Shown: positions 13,142 through 25,744 of the stretch, in pieces
Layout of the letters: the number at the start of each line of letters is the position of its first letter
How positions within the stretch are numbered: the first letter of the stretch is position 1
Position numbers and translations under genes: made by a program
Source: Octopus sinensis
Lineage: Eukaryota
Direction of reading: 5' to 3'
Assembly (NCBI RefSeq): GCF_006345805.1
Contig: NC_043010.1
Span: forward strand, 30,318,001 to 30,382,000
Length of the DNA: 64,000 bases
The notes under the pieces: generated by a model
The model's database searches: none
The model's input: only the letters and a program-made list of their open reading frames with translations
What the model was told of the DNA's origin: nothing

Positions 13142-13731
13142 TATATCGCACGTTCGGATGAACTCTACTCAACCCTTGACGTCTAGACTTCTCCCTCTAT
13201 ATCTACGTATTGGGCTAGCCTACTTTACACAACACCACCCCCTTTTGAGTTTTTTAAACCAGAATTTATCAATTTTATTTCCTCGGTGAGAAACTGACAT
13301 ATCTTTTTCTCTTAGCGTTAATTTCCATCATTTCTGCAGGTTTTCTCTTCCTGTTTGACCTACATGCCAGTTCTGCTTTTGCTTGTGGTTCTGGGACCTG
13401 GAACAAATCATACCATAAATCCATTGGTTCTTCTAGCCTCTCTTGATTTTTGGCATATCTTTTTTTTAATTGGTTTAAATGCCTTCTGTGTTCATATTTT
13501 GGTCCTTTTATCATGTACATCCCGTTACCCAGACGTCCAGTTATACTTCCTTGTTCCCAGTCCTGTTTTCCGTTACTATATATTTTAAAATACACTTTGT
13601 CACCTGTGTTAAAAAATTTCGATTTTCTTCCCAAATTTTCTATTTTCTGTTTTCTGCTCGGCAACCATTTGTCAAAAATAGGACGAATTTTTCTGGAAAA
13701 CATCCAATCAGCGGGAGATAATTCAGTGATC
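13139..13731 (-). mobile_element. Gypsy-type LTR retrotransposon 3' end: integrase C-terminus, PPT and short LTR
   Basis: SPADWMFSRKIRPIFD...FNTGDKVY...WEQGSI...HRRHLNQLKKR. PPT aaaagggggtgg is immediately followed by a 96-bp TGTT...AACA LTR (13139-13234). Confidence 0.75.
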
Positions 13732-15414
13732 CAATGGTTCATACTTTCATTGATCATTTTTCTCCATATTTTCTGCCATTCCAAACATTCTTATTGTTTT
13801 ATTTATTCAACTGTACGGTTCCACGTCATTTGTTTTTCTGTAATCGAACCATGCTACATTCAGTCCCGTCAGTTTGCATCCTCAATTTCTAATTCTCTTT
13901 TTATCAACTAATAATTGGTCTTTAGTCGTGCTGCTTTGCTTGCTTCATCCCTCCTCTCCTACTGGAAATAAATTGTTACTTTCCAGATGGCGATATAAGC
14001 TTTCCGCCAAGACATCGGCCATAAGCTTCCTTGTTATAGGTCGGAAATCTGACACCAAATTATTTTTCAAGAGGTCCTTGAGACATAGCGTTCATCCACT
14101 TGTCATTCAGTTAGGGACGCGTCCCTGCTGCAAATATTCATTAAAATGCACTGAGATCCTTTCATGCAGTTGTGTGAAATTTTTCAGTCAATAACCTCGT
14201 ACTCCATTCGGAGTACAATTTGCTCTTCTTTTAAACTTCAGATCGTTCTGAAGTCCTTTTGTCTTGGTACAGTTACAAGTTGTCTCTCCACCTATGTTAG
14301 CCACTCTACACTTTCTTTATATCTCACTGGCTTTTTCTAAAGTTATCCTCAGAATACTTTATTTTCTTCCACATCATCAGAGTTCAATTCCTGATGTTGT
14401 TCCCCCTCTATTTCTTCAGAAAGATACCTATTTTTTATTGAAACAATCTATTCTGTTCAAAATCTTTGTAGCTAGCATCATATCTTTTCAATTTGGCCTT
14501 TAACACCGACATCCGTTGTAACAATTTTTCATGTAGTTTGCTCTCCCTTTTCTTTTAACTTGTACTTTCCATTCAGTTTTCTGATTGCTTTCTCATTATT
14601 GAGTTCTCTCATTATCCTCAGTTCTTTTTGTGCCTTTTCCAACTTCATTTGTATTCTTTTCCTCCAGCTTAGCTCTTTCTTTTCCTTCCCCTTCTTTTTT
14701 ACAACAGTCTTCTACTTGCTTTCTATAATATCAGCTACATTAGGAGCAGTTATGATTAGCTGGTTAGTTTCATTAATGCTCTCTGTTTTAACCAAGCTCA
14801 AAACGCAATTTATTTTACCTGTGGCATTCCTTACTTTCCCGTGTCCATATAGCTTACATTTAGTGGCATTTCATTGTTCACACAAAGTATTTTTCCTCGC
14901 AGCATTTCTAAAATTTCCTTTCCTTCATCGTTCAAGTCTCGTTCAACATTTATTGTCTCTTGTCCAGCTAAATAGATTTCACTATTTACTTCATCAACAT
15001 CGTCAGGCACATACTGATTTCCTTCTCTTTTAGTTTCTTCATTTCTCATCCCTTCATTGCCACCTTCTGCTACTGTTGCTTTAAACTCATCCCATTCATT
15101 TTTCATTCTTCTCTGAATTTCTTCAACTTCTAATCCTGGTCTATTAATCGCTTGGCAGAAGTTTCAAAGACCCCTTTTCATCACATAATCTCTTCACTCG
15201 TTTCACGAAACCTCTTCTCTACCAACATACAATCATACTCTAGTTTACCTCTTTTTCCATTTCATTCTTCTCCCATTGCACTTTCGACTTCGATTTTGAT
15301 CCTGATCAATGGCTTCATGACGACCAGCTGGAGCTTGCCTGCCGTGTGCGACACATTCACTGTTAACAGTTCCGGTCCCGTTAACGCAGTAATTACCATT
15401 ATTTGAATATGACA

Positions 15415-15415
<1 letters not shown>
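13732..15415 (-). mobile_element. R4/Dong-like LINE with 5' ORF start directly after (AAT)n, 3'-truncated within RT
   Basis: ATG at 15415 abuts (TTA)n 15416-15478. Fragments SWRKRIQMKL, FEQNRLFQ, SDFRPIT, TKDQLLVDK and VAWFDYRK, with stops and frameshifts. Confidence 0.75.
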
Positions 15416-15478
<63 letters not shown>

Positions 15479-15480
<2 letters not shown>

Positions 15481-15685
15481 GGTGGCAAGCTGGTAGAATC
15501 GTTGGCACGCCGGGCAAAATGCTTAACAGTATTTCGTCTGTCTTTACATTCTGAGTTCAAAGCCGAGGTCAACTGTGCCTTTCATCTTTTCAGGGTCGAT
15601 AAATTAAGTACCAGTGAAACACTGGAGTCGATATAATCGACTAGTCCCCTTCCACCAAATTTCAGGCCTCGTGCTTTTAGTAGAA
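15479..15685 (+). mobile_element. Family-B SINE; further copies at about 16660-16860, 18095-18305, 33260-33440, 54155-54325(-), 54345-54528(-), 62350-62530 and 63500-63710
   Basis: aaggtggcaagctggtagaatcgttggcacg...gagttcaaa...cctttcatc...gtcgataaattaagtaccag. Confidence 0.8.
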
Positions 15686-16655
15686 AAGATTTGGGTCCTG
15701 ATCAATTTAGATCAGTCTAAAGCTTTCGATAGGGTTGACCTATATCTGGCGGCAGCCTTCAAAGCAAGCTGGTTTCGGGCCTGTATTCAGGGGCTAGATC
15801 GCTGCAATGCACAGTGACATCTGTTCAGTAGTAAGAGTGAACGATCACCTCTCAGAACCATTCATGTGCTCGGTCCGGCAAGGTTTCCTCCTTTCGTTTC
15901 TCTTGTATGTACTGACTCTCGAGCCACTACCACACAAACTGGAGTCATTGAGAGGCATCCCGCGTGACCTAGGACGTGGGAGATGCGTGTCGGCATATGT
16001 TGACGACGTCACCGTAGTGGTGTCGGATCATAAAAACATAGAAATGATCGGAATCTCCCTCAGAGACTACGAAACGATTTCAGCAGCGTCGATTAACCGG
16101 GGGAAATCAGTGGGCTTGCGGCTCAGCACCCGGAGAAACAAGTCCATGCCGTCCAACTGCGTCGTTGGGCGCTGGGCAGACAGACCGGTTAAATTGTTCG
16201 CGGGCTAGTTTGGTCCGAGCCTCCAGATGTACAAAAAACAGGGTGACCACTCTCACCCAGAAATGGGCCGAGAGAAAGCTATCCTTGAAAAATCGGGCAG
16301 AAGTGGCTAACGCGTATATCGCATCCGTCATCAACTATCGCTTGACCGCCGTGCCTTGTTCCGGCCACCGTCTGATTACGCTGGAGCGTATACTCTTCCA
16401 CTTCTTGAGGAAGGGACGCATCTCGATGGTCAGGCGGTCTATCTGTTGTCAACACCCACTGCATGGTGGCCTGAGCATGCCACGGTTGAGGACGCACAGA
16501 CATGCGCTGAGGCTACGACATCTCCAGTGCTTCCTTGACTGTGAACAGTTGTGGTCGCGGTTCGCCAGACATGTATTTTCGTAGCTAGTTTCTTTAACGG
16601 AGCTGCCGCCCTGAGTATTACAGAGACCGAGAGAGGACATTTGGAAAGTGGAATG
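15686..16655 (+). mobile_element. L1/Tx1-clade LINE RT remnant
   Basis: INLDQSKAFDRVD, SVRQGFLLSFLLYVLTLEPL, AYVDDVTVVVS, INRGKSVGL, LERILFHFL and HPLHGGL across frameshifted ORFs. Confidence 0.8.
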
Positions 16656-16901
16656 TCGACGAGCTGGCAAAATCGTTAGTGCATCAAACAAAATTCCTAA
16701 TGATATTTCTTTCGGTTCTTTACGTTCTGAATTCAAATCCCACTGAGGTCAACTTTTTCCTTTTGATCATGATAAAATAAAGTACCATTTAAGTAGTGAG
16801 GTCGATGCAATCAACTCACACCCTCCCTCTAAAACTGCTGGTTTTGTGTCAAAAATTGAAGTAATTGATGTTATTATCATTATCATTGTTATTTCTTTTA
16901 G

Positions 16902-16995
16902 ATTAAATTGACCTTGTTAGTTCGCAACGTATCTGTCATATATTATGCGACAAGAATCGGGCATCATTGTGACTGTTGCCAGTGGTATGTAAGTG
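16902..16995 (+). CDS. Candidate exon (IKLTLLVRNVSVIYYATRIGHHCDCCQWYVS); alternative acceptor at 16921
   Basis: tttcttttag acceptor and perfect G|gtaagt donor at 16996, giving the phase 1 needed to join exon 18356. Frame and acceptor are ambiguous. Confidence 0.45.
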
Positions 16996-18355
16996 GTAAG
17001 TATAATAGCGATAATTATTATTATTCGTAGTGGCTGGCGCGTGTCGTATTGCTTCATAAATTTGTTTATTTTTGTGTCTCCAAAAGTTGTTAATGGTTTA
17101 ATTTTGTTACTAAACGCTTGTTGAAGCCATTAACATAGAACAGGTTAGTTTCTTCGTGTCTTTATTTGTATTTTAATTTCCATTAATTACGCTTTCGTAA
17201 TTGTCCCACCGTACTTTTCTTGACCAATAATTTATTTCTCCTTGCTAGAGACAAGATTTTAATTTCTTGAATCCTTATATTAATTATTAAACACTGATCT
17301 GATCAATACTATTTAATTTAGCATAGAGAAATACAGGCATGTCACATACCATACAACATTGATTCTTGATTTATTAAAAGTATCTCCACTTCAAGAATCA
17401 AGAATTCTTCGCCGTTGACATGTCAATAGACGTCATCAGCATAACTATCTTACAAGCTAAGGAACTTTGACATAAACAAAAAGAGTAGGACACATTTATG
17501 GCTTGGGTAATTTACATAGACCATTTTCTTCATGGAATGTCAACTTATGAGTGTTCTTGAGCCTTGAGGTTATCGCCCCTTTTAATTTGGAGCTAGTCTC
17601 AGTTGCAATTTTGGTAATTGTGACACATCCTTTAGAGGGAGATGTAATTTTGATAAATCATGAATTTATATTGTATTGTATTTGATATGTCTGTATTTGC
17701 TGTGTTGTGTATATACATATCACTGGCCACTCTTAGTTATTTCTCTTTGCTCACTTTTGTTTAAATTATGCAAATTACTTAAGTTATATACAGTATTAAG
17801 GTTATAGTCCAGTTTTGACAATGAAATGTGTCAAGAAAACCAGAAAACCATTTGTTTTCGGATGTAATTACACTTATACCATTGTCATTACAACCTAATG
17901 GTGTACTTTAATTTTTAATTAACTTCTGCTAATGGATTTCATATAAAAATCATTAGGTGTAGGTTTATTGTTTACTCTTCGACAACATTATTTCAGAGTA
18001 GTCAAATATATTAAGATATTTATAATGATTTTGAGTGAACGAAAACAAATATAATCACTGATGTTTCGTTTGACTGATTTTATTGACAACTGTAAGGTAG
18101 CGATACGGTATAATTGTTAGCACGTCGGATAAAATGCTTAGCGATATTACTTCATACTCTTTGCGTTTTGAGTTCAAATTCCGTCAAGGCGGACTGTCTT
18201 TCGTTCTTTGGAAGACGATAAAAGGTAGTAGCTGAGGACTGGAGTCGATGTAATCGACTTCTTCGCTTCCCTCAAAATTGTTGGCCTTGTGCCAAAATTA
18301 GAAAGATTTTAAAGAAAAGTGTTTCAGCATAATCCTATATATTTTTTTCTTCCAG

Positions 18356-18616
18356 ATATTTTACCGGAGATAACGACAGCCCAACTAACAGAAGAAATAA
18401 CTACTGTTAATACTGACTCTACACCCCAAACGGATAATAGTGTTAGCACAAATTCAGAAACATCTGTTACCGAAGAAAGTGTAAGCGAAATCACCACACC
18501 GGTGGCATTAGTTACATCTCCCGAACTAATAACTACTGAAGGAGATCTAAGCGAGACCACCGAACCAGAGACTACAGCATTACTAACAACTGAAAGTGAG
18601 ATATTTACATCAACAG
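18356..18616 (+). CDS. Mucin-like Thr/Ser/Glu-rich stalk exon
   Basis: ttttttcttccag acceptor, CAG|gtaaca donor, 261 nt, phase 1-1; ILPEITTAQLTEEITTVNTDSTPQ...ETTEPETTALLTTESEIFTST. Confidence 0.75.
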
Positions 18617-18766
18617 GTAACATAAAAACAAAAAAAAAATATTTTCTCGTCACGTGATGAAGTAAGTTTATGAGTAGATGTTTATTTTTGTACAAGTTTA
18701 AGAGCGCGATAAAATAGTGGAATATAAATGATATCGGTACACAAAGAAAACTAATAATAATAATAA

Positions 18767-18803
<37 letters not shown>

Positions 18804-18805
<2 letters not shown>

Positions 18806-19072
18806 GACAGTTAATAAAGAACAGGTGATGAAGCGCGTTATAAGAGAAAAGGACGAGAACGAAATACACAGAGAGCACATCAGACAAATCGAAGGGAAAC
18901 GTCTGCATGGCCAATTTTGAAGACGTGTTCTTTTATTCTTTTACTTGTTTCAGCCATGCTGGAGCACCGCTTTTAGTCGAAGAAATCGAACCCAGGACTT
19001 ATTCTTTGTAAACCTGGTACTTATTCTATCGGTCTCTTTCGCTGAACCGCTAAGTTACAGAGACGTAAACAC

Positions 19073-19118
<46 letters not shown>

Positions 19119-19998
19119 GACGTGCTTCTTTCAGTTTCTATCTACCAAATCCACTCACAAGGCTTTGGTCGGCATGAGGCTATAGTAGGAGACATTTTTC
19201 CAAGGTGCTACGCAGTGGGGCTGAACCTAGAACCATGTGGTTGGGAAGCAAGCTTCTTAGCACAGAGCCAATCCTGGACTTGGTTTTTAAAAAGGGGCAA
19301 TTAAAAAAAAAAAACAGAGTCTAATTGTAGCAGCCCAAGATCAAGCGATAAAAACAAACAACTTGAGCAAAAATACGTATGGAGAGAATGTGTCAGAAAA
19401 ATGTAGACCTCGTAAGAAATGGAGGCACGACCAGGTTGTAAAAGTTATACATTGGAAACTGTGCCAGAAATGGGGATTTGAAGCTAGAAACACTTGGTAC
19501 AATCATGGAGTCGAAAGAATACTGGAATTGGAGAAGTGTAAACTTTTGTGGAACTTTCCTATTCAAATGGACAAGAAGCTAGAAAATAAAACACCAGATA
19601 TAACGATTGTAGATAAGTAAAGGCGAAGTTGCTTACTTACCGACGCATCATACCCGTTTGATTGCAGGATCATAAAGAAAGAGGAAGAAAAACAAAACAA
19701 AAAATACAATCTCTTAAAGTTTGAAATAGGAAGAAATTGGAGCATGCGAACAGTAAAGGTCGTACCTACAATAATTGGTGCGTTGGAAACAGTAAGCTAA
19801 GATATAGACAAATGGCTGAGGGAGATTGATATAGAATGCCCGGTAGAGCTCCAACAGGAAATTTGTATCTTAGGGACAGCAAGGATTATCGGGAGGGTTC
19901 TAAGCACTTGAAAGACTGCTGAAAACTTGTGGATACCTAAGGTTATAGGTAGTAACCCGCTGCCCACATAGGAATAAGACCGAACCGGTGCCAAACCA
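18804..19998 (+). mobile_element. 5'-truncated R4/Dong-like LINE 3' part with restriction-like endonuclease, flanked both sides by (AAT)n
   Basis: KRLHGQF, ESLIVAAQDQA, RHDQVVKVIHWKLC, LLWNFPIQMDKKLENKTPDITIVDK, KYNLLKFEI and IIGAL. (AAT)n at 18752-18803 and from 19999. Confidence 0.85.
18928..19271 (-). mobile_element. Family-A tRNA-derived SINE inserted in the Dong-like element
   Basis: Antisense match to the family-A body (ccaaatccactcacaaggctttggtcgg; ttacttgtttcag tail). Confidence 0.85.
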
Positions 19999-19999
19999 A

Positions 20000-20140
<141 letters not shown>

Positions 20141-20152
20141 AATAATAATAAT

Positions 20153-20702
20153 TGTCCTGATGCAGTACCAGGCAGTGGCTCTCGTGGCTTCTGATCTTAA
20201 CTGATTGGAAGTGTTATCATACACATTGTTTTGTCTTGGAAATAAAAGATGGGCTACAGCAAATATTCTGCTCAATACCACAGATTTGCTTGTCACTTGT
20301 TTGACCTTAACCAGTTGAGCATGTCCCTTAGTGACTGACGATATGTGCATTTCTGATCACGAGCAGAAGTAGTGGGGGAGCATCATAGCCGTGTGTTGAG
20401 AGGGATTCTTTGGGGTTTGGATAATTCACCTCGGGAAACATGGGTGTTTCGTTCAACATCCTTAAGCAACCCTTATTCAGGGACCTTTTGTGCTGGATGG
20501 GTTACTCGACCAGAAGAAAATTCTAACTGGGCCCCACCTGCAAGGTCATGTGCTGTTTATCTTAATATGAGATCACCATGATGCTCACATATGGTTGTGA
20601 TGCCTGGCGTACTTTTATCAGATGGGTAGTCATGATGGGTATACTGGGCTTCGTATATTTTACCCCAGTGTCACTTTGATGGCATGCACTGCACTCTCAC
20701 TC
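20153..20702. mobile_element. ~550-bp non-coding interspersed element embedded in (AAT)n on both sides
   Basis: Sharp boundaries with (AAT)n. Its left ~70 bp recur inverted inside each unit of the 3-7 kb array (about 3911-3980, agacaaaacaatgtac...gagagccactacctg). Confidence 0.65.
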
Positions 20703-20733
20703 AATAATAATAATAGTAATAATAATAATAATA

Positions 20734-21920
20734 ATGCACCACTCAAAACCTGACATATAAGGGCTATATATACGACGTATCGAAGGTGGTTGAAGCCTTA
20801 AACTGCTAGTAAACTATCCCAAATTAACTACCATAGGACTACGGAAATACCTGCTTCAGGAGCAAGGAAAACTAATATAAATAGCCACAAGACACGAACA
20901 GAACAAAAAAATGTTTTCAGTATTTAAGGAAGCTAACAAATACAAAAAAGAAGTAATAGTACTTAATAACTATGAAGGAAAAGAAGATGCAACAAAAGCT
21001 GTAAAACAAAGGAAATCCAAACTAAAACTGGGACAGCAAACGGATCATGATAAAACGATGGCAAGAAAAACCCCTTCATGGCAAATATTGGGTTGAACTA
21101 AACCGAAAAGAAATAGAAAAAGCAAAATCCCAACAATGCCTGAGAAGCTCAAGACTCAAAGCAGAGAGTGAAGCATTTTTAATTGCAGCACAAGATCAAA
21201 GCCTTCCCACCAGAAATCACAAAAAAACATATAATGAAAAGAAATGCAAGTAACTGTAGAATATGTGGAGATGAAGAAGAAACAATAAATCACATTGTCT
21301 CTGGCTGCCCAGTCCTGGTTAAGAAGGAATATATTCACAGACACGTCAGAGTTGGAATCTAGATACATGGGAAGCAATGCCAACACTATGGAATAACAAC
21401 AGAAAAAAGATGGTATAGGTACACGCCTGAAGAGGCCACAGAAAATGAGAAACAACTATACTCTGAGATATGCCAATACACACAGATAGAGAAATTAAGG
21501 CCAATAGGGTGGATATAGTTGTCAGAGATCACCAAGAAAAAAATGCTTTCTAATCGATGTCTCAATACCAACAGATGACAAAGTTTCTCTGAAAGAAACG
21601 TATAAACATTCAAAATACAACGATCTGAAAATAGAGGTAACTCGAATGTGGAACCTAAAAATAGAAACAATTCCTATCAAAGTAGGCGCATTAGGTATGA
21701 TAAAAAAAACCATTCAGACAAATACATAACAAAAATACCAGGACTTACAATTATATATAACATACAGAAAATAGCACTACTCCTGTTCCTGTTACTGTTG
21801 GTGCCCTAGGTATGATAAAAAAAAAGGGGGATGTCAGAAACATCTAGATAAGATGCCAAGAGAACCATGCCTCAGAGAAATCCAAAAGATTGTACTGATA
21901 AGTACTGCCCACATCCTTAG
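20734..21920 (+). mobile_element. Second R4/Dong-like LINE 3' part (CCHC knuckle + RLE) starting right after (AAT)n, with an extra 3'-end fragment at 21783-21920
   Basis: WQEKPLHGKY, AESEAFLIAAQDQSL, CRICGDEEETINHIVSGCPVL, CFLIDVSIPTDDKV, KYNDLKIEVTRMW and VGALGMIKK (twice). Confidence 0.85.
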
Positions 21921-22553
21921 AAAAACCCTATCCATTTAAATGTCGGTGTTTTATTACATGAAGATATTTCGCTATTTCCCCTCCCCAAACTTTAAGTCAT
22001 AATGTAACATCTCTTATCCTTAACTCGCCCCAGGGCGCTAGCGGTGTCTCACCAAGTGACTGTAACAAACATGCAGATCAAAATAATATCGTCTGGTTTA
22101 ATAGTGCCATCTAGTTTTGGGGTATCTTTAGCAGTGTCCACTCAGGGCTAAGGGCGGTTTTTTTTTCCGTTCGGGCCTCCACTTCTGAGACTTTAAAGTG
22201 AAGCCTGTGTGCTCTCTTTCCTTCTCTGACCAACCTACAAAACATTCTGGGAATACATTTTGGCATGGTCTCAAAATTTGTTTCGGACACGCTCGCTATT
22301 CACATATTTTCCCAAATTATTAAATCCAATGATCGTACAATTACTTATCCTTCTTATTGTTACTCTTTCTATTAGAGAATCTTTCCAGCATTCTCTTGTC
22401 AGGCTGATTGTTGTATCTCTAATAACTTGATTTGTTATAAAGGTTTAAAGTTGAGTTTAAGATTAATAATCCAAATACTTAAATACTCGATAACTTACGT
22501 CTTTCAAAATCTTCAAATACACATTCAGGTCTCACTATGTTTCTATATTGCAG

Positions 22554-22870
22554 TCTCACCATTCTCTGAAACCGAGCCTATTTCTCCAGCAAACACAACA
22601 CTGTGTCCATGTGAGTGTGAAAACGAACGACACAACCTAACCCAAAAGGAACTCGAAAAAAAGCTACTTGAGATTGTTTCGGAGTTATCACTTCTGCGAA
22701 ATTCAACTTCTAAATACATCCGTTCTAAAGTTAGTATGCCAGACGCACGATTATCTTCGACATGTATTGGCGCTATCGCTGTCCTTGTCATTATCATACC
22801 ATTTACAATGATAATTTCTATAGACGCCCTATATCTTTTCAAATGGCTCTACGGCGTAATTATGAGTTAG
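22554..22870 (+). CDS. Terminal exon: CPCxC motif, coiled segment, transmembrane helix, short tail
   Basis: ttctatattgcag acceptor in phase 1; SPFSETEP...LCPCECENERHNLTQKELEKKLLEIVSELSLLRNSTSKYIRSKVSMPDARLSSTCIGAIAVLVIIIPFTMIISIDALYLFKWLYGVIMS*. AATAAA at 22902-22907. Confidence 0.8.
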
Positions 22871-22913
22871 AACTATTTCAGCTCTATGTATCTGCAAATT
22901 GAATAAAAATATA

Positions 22914-24084
22914 GGATCTTTTCATTTCCAAGGCCTGTTTTTTCAGATTTTTCCTACTTAACCAAACAATTTGAAACTTCGTATACTGGTAGAATGTGTC
23001 TAAAGAAAACATAATTGTAAACCAGAATGAAAACGGAATTGTAATTTCAAAGTTTAACGTTGTTTAATAATTAGAATTTTAACCAATGGTATTCGGTCTT
23101 TCGGCTTCATATTATTTACTCCGTCTCATTAGACGTAAACGGCTATTTTGCTGACGTATTTAACATACGTGAAATGTTACCGTATTCCTTCAGTTTCTAT
23201 TCACATTTTTTAAAATATTATTAACTAACTTATATATTAAACTTATATATTATATAACTAACTTAGTTTTTGTAAATTTTCGTATATTTTTGGTGATTTT
23301 TATTCCTTACTTTATTCGTGTAACTTTTATTTCTGTAACTTTTTATCTTTGGCAATCTTTTGTATGTGTGTGTATGTATGTGTGTGTGTGTATGTATGTA
23401 TGGCCGATTCAGTGTTTACATTATTTCGAGTTAAAACGAAAGATTACCTTTGCTATGTAGAAAATAATGAGGTTGACTCAATGGAATAATGACAGTGATC
23501 GAAGATATAGACAAAATGTTTTTGGTAATCTTTCGTTTTAACTCGAAATAATGTAAACACTGAATCGGCCATACATACATACACACACACATACATAACA
23601 CACATACATACACACACACATACATAGATACATACACACACACACATACATGCATACATACATATACACATACACCGAGTAAAAAAATTCAGTTATCTCT
23701 CTCTTTCACACATTACTCTCTCTGTCTCTTCACACACACTAACAGAAGTACTTCACTTACACAACATACTTTCTGTCTCCCACACCCCCATCAAACACAC
23801 ACACATGTACACAAAACACAGACCTACGCACAGCTGTCTACGTCACAAAATAGCTTTCTACGTCACACTAAGATAATGCAGTTAATTATTTCAAATGAAA
23901 ACAAACAATACGATTGGTTAAAATTCGCAGATTTAATCTACCCTTAAAGTTATAAAATACATTTTTCTCAAATAAACAAGTTGAAATTAGTGTTTTCTTT
24001 TGAGACACTCTACCAGTATACGAAGTTTCAAATTTAGTTAACTAGAAAAATCTGACAAAACAGGCCTTGGAAATGAAAAGATCC
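22914..24084. mobile_element. Non-autonomous DNA transposon (MITE) with ~95-bp TIRs, Kolobok-like termini
   Basis: Left ggatcttttcatttccaaggcctgtttt...cttcgtatactggtagaatgtgtc is the reverse complement of 23992-24084. A related copy at 52848-53264 begins after ttaaa. Superfamily assignment is inferred. Confidence 0.8.
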
Positions 24085-24349
24085 AAAATGTCTTCTGAAG
24101 AGTCCGCCTGACCCACCTTCATATGCATCGGTAGGCAAGCCCTATCACACCAAGAATTACATAACCGTTTGGCTATCCTCACCTGGTGTAGCCCGCTGGT
24201 CGAAGCAGTTTAGCGGTCTATGGCTACCGGTTTATACTATCTTTAGATATTAATTGTTGATCTGTGGGTTTTTAGATCGTGATTTATTTACGCATACTCA
24301 TTACATTCATACACATACGCATGTGCACATGCACGCACATACAGACACA

Positions 24350-24812
24350 TTCAATGAGGGAGTTTGATGCTGTTTGAACCCGTAACAGGAAGAGATCCAG
24401 TTTTGTTTTAAAGACATTTACAAACACGGATTTTAAAGAGCTGTGGACCCTTGAAGCCGAAGCTGTTACAGTATCTGGTCTTGTATTTTGATGGCGAGGC
24501 TGAGTACTTTGGCAGTGTGCAGTGGCACCCCGTTCTGCAGTTTGAATAACTTTCAATGCCAATGTTTGGTAAAAGGCCTTCTAGGATTTTCCAGTTGTAT
24601 ATCACTGCATTTTTCTCCCGCCTTCGTTCCAAGGAGAAGAGATTTTATTCTTTAAGTCCTTCCCACTAGCTGACATGTTGCATCGAGACTATTTTCATAG
24701 AGTAGCTTCGTTGAATTACTTCGGGTTCAGCTGTGGATTTTTTATTGTGTGGTGACCATAGTTGGGAGCTATAGTCTAAGCGGCTCACAACGTATGTCCT
24801 ACAAAGAATCAT
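24350..24812 (-). mobile_element. CR1/L2-group LINE RT C-terminal remnant (a different family from the array copy)
   Basis: YVVSRLDYSSQLWSPH, FSLERRREKNAVIYNWKILEGLLPN and NSFGFKGPQLF. Confidence 0.8.
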
Positions 24813-24847
24813 TAATGTCTCTTTTTCACTTGTTTTGAAAATTCGGA

Positions 24848-24940
<93 letters not shown>

Positions 24941-25069
24941 ACGGGAAGCTTTATGAAAATAGACAAAAGACGAAGGCAGGTTTACGGAAATAAACAAAAG
25001 ACGAAGGCAGGTGGAATACAAACAAACAATTGTATTAGTATGGCGCTCAGGAAATATAAATAAAACAAG

Positions 25070-25107
25070 TCTTTAACGTTTCGAGCCTACGCTCTTCAAC
25101 AGAAAGA
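25070..25107 (-). ncRNA. Minimal hammerhead-like motif in a Penelope-type terminal repeat (24940-25200)
   Basis: Minus strand TCTTT-CTGTTGA-A-GAGC-GTAG-GCTC-GAAAC-GTT-AAAGA; 5-bp stem I, 4-bp stem II. Confidence 0.6.
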
Positions 25108-25744
25108 TACACAGAGAAAAACACAGAAAGAAGGAGAGAAAAAAATATGCGTGCAGAGGCTAGCGAATCAACATGGCGATCTGATTTCGGCCAGAAGTCA
25201 AAGATCAAACGTGAGGCGCAAGAGCGAAATTAGGGGAGATAATAGGGTTAAATGACCTCGCTCCAACATAAGAGTGTGTGTGTGTGTATGAGAAGAGTGT
25301 GTGTGTGTGTATGAGAGAGTATTAGTGCGTATGAGAGGTCTGGACGTGTGTATGTATATATGATGTGATGTGTATAGTCGTATAGTGTAGTGTAGAGAGA
25401 GGAGATGAGGGAAGAGGGGGGATGTTAGGGGGTGAGGGGGGAGAAAGAAAGGGGAGAAGGAAAGGGAAGAAGAGGAGGGGAAGGGGGAGAAGGAAGGAGA
25501 GGAGAAGAGGAGGGGAGAGAAGGGGGAGAAGGAAGGAGAGGAGAAGAGGAGGGGAGAGGAGGAGGGAGGATAGAGGGAGAGGGGAGAGAGAGAGAAGGGG
25601 AATGAGGGAGCAGAGAGAAAGAGGGAAGGGGAAGAGGGAAGAAGGAGGGAGGGAGAAAGAGGGAAGAAGGGAAGAGGAGTAGGGGTGAAAGGATGAAGGA
25701 CTGAAGAGAAGTAGGGGTCGGGGGGGAGGTTAGATGAGGAGGGG

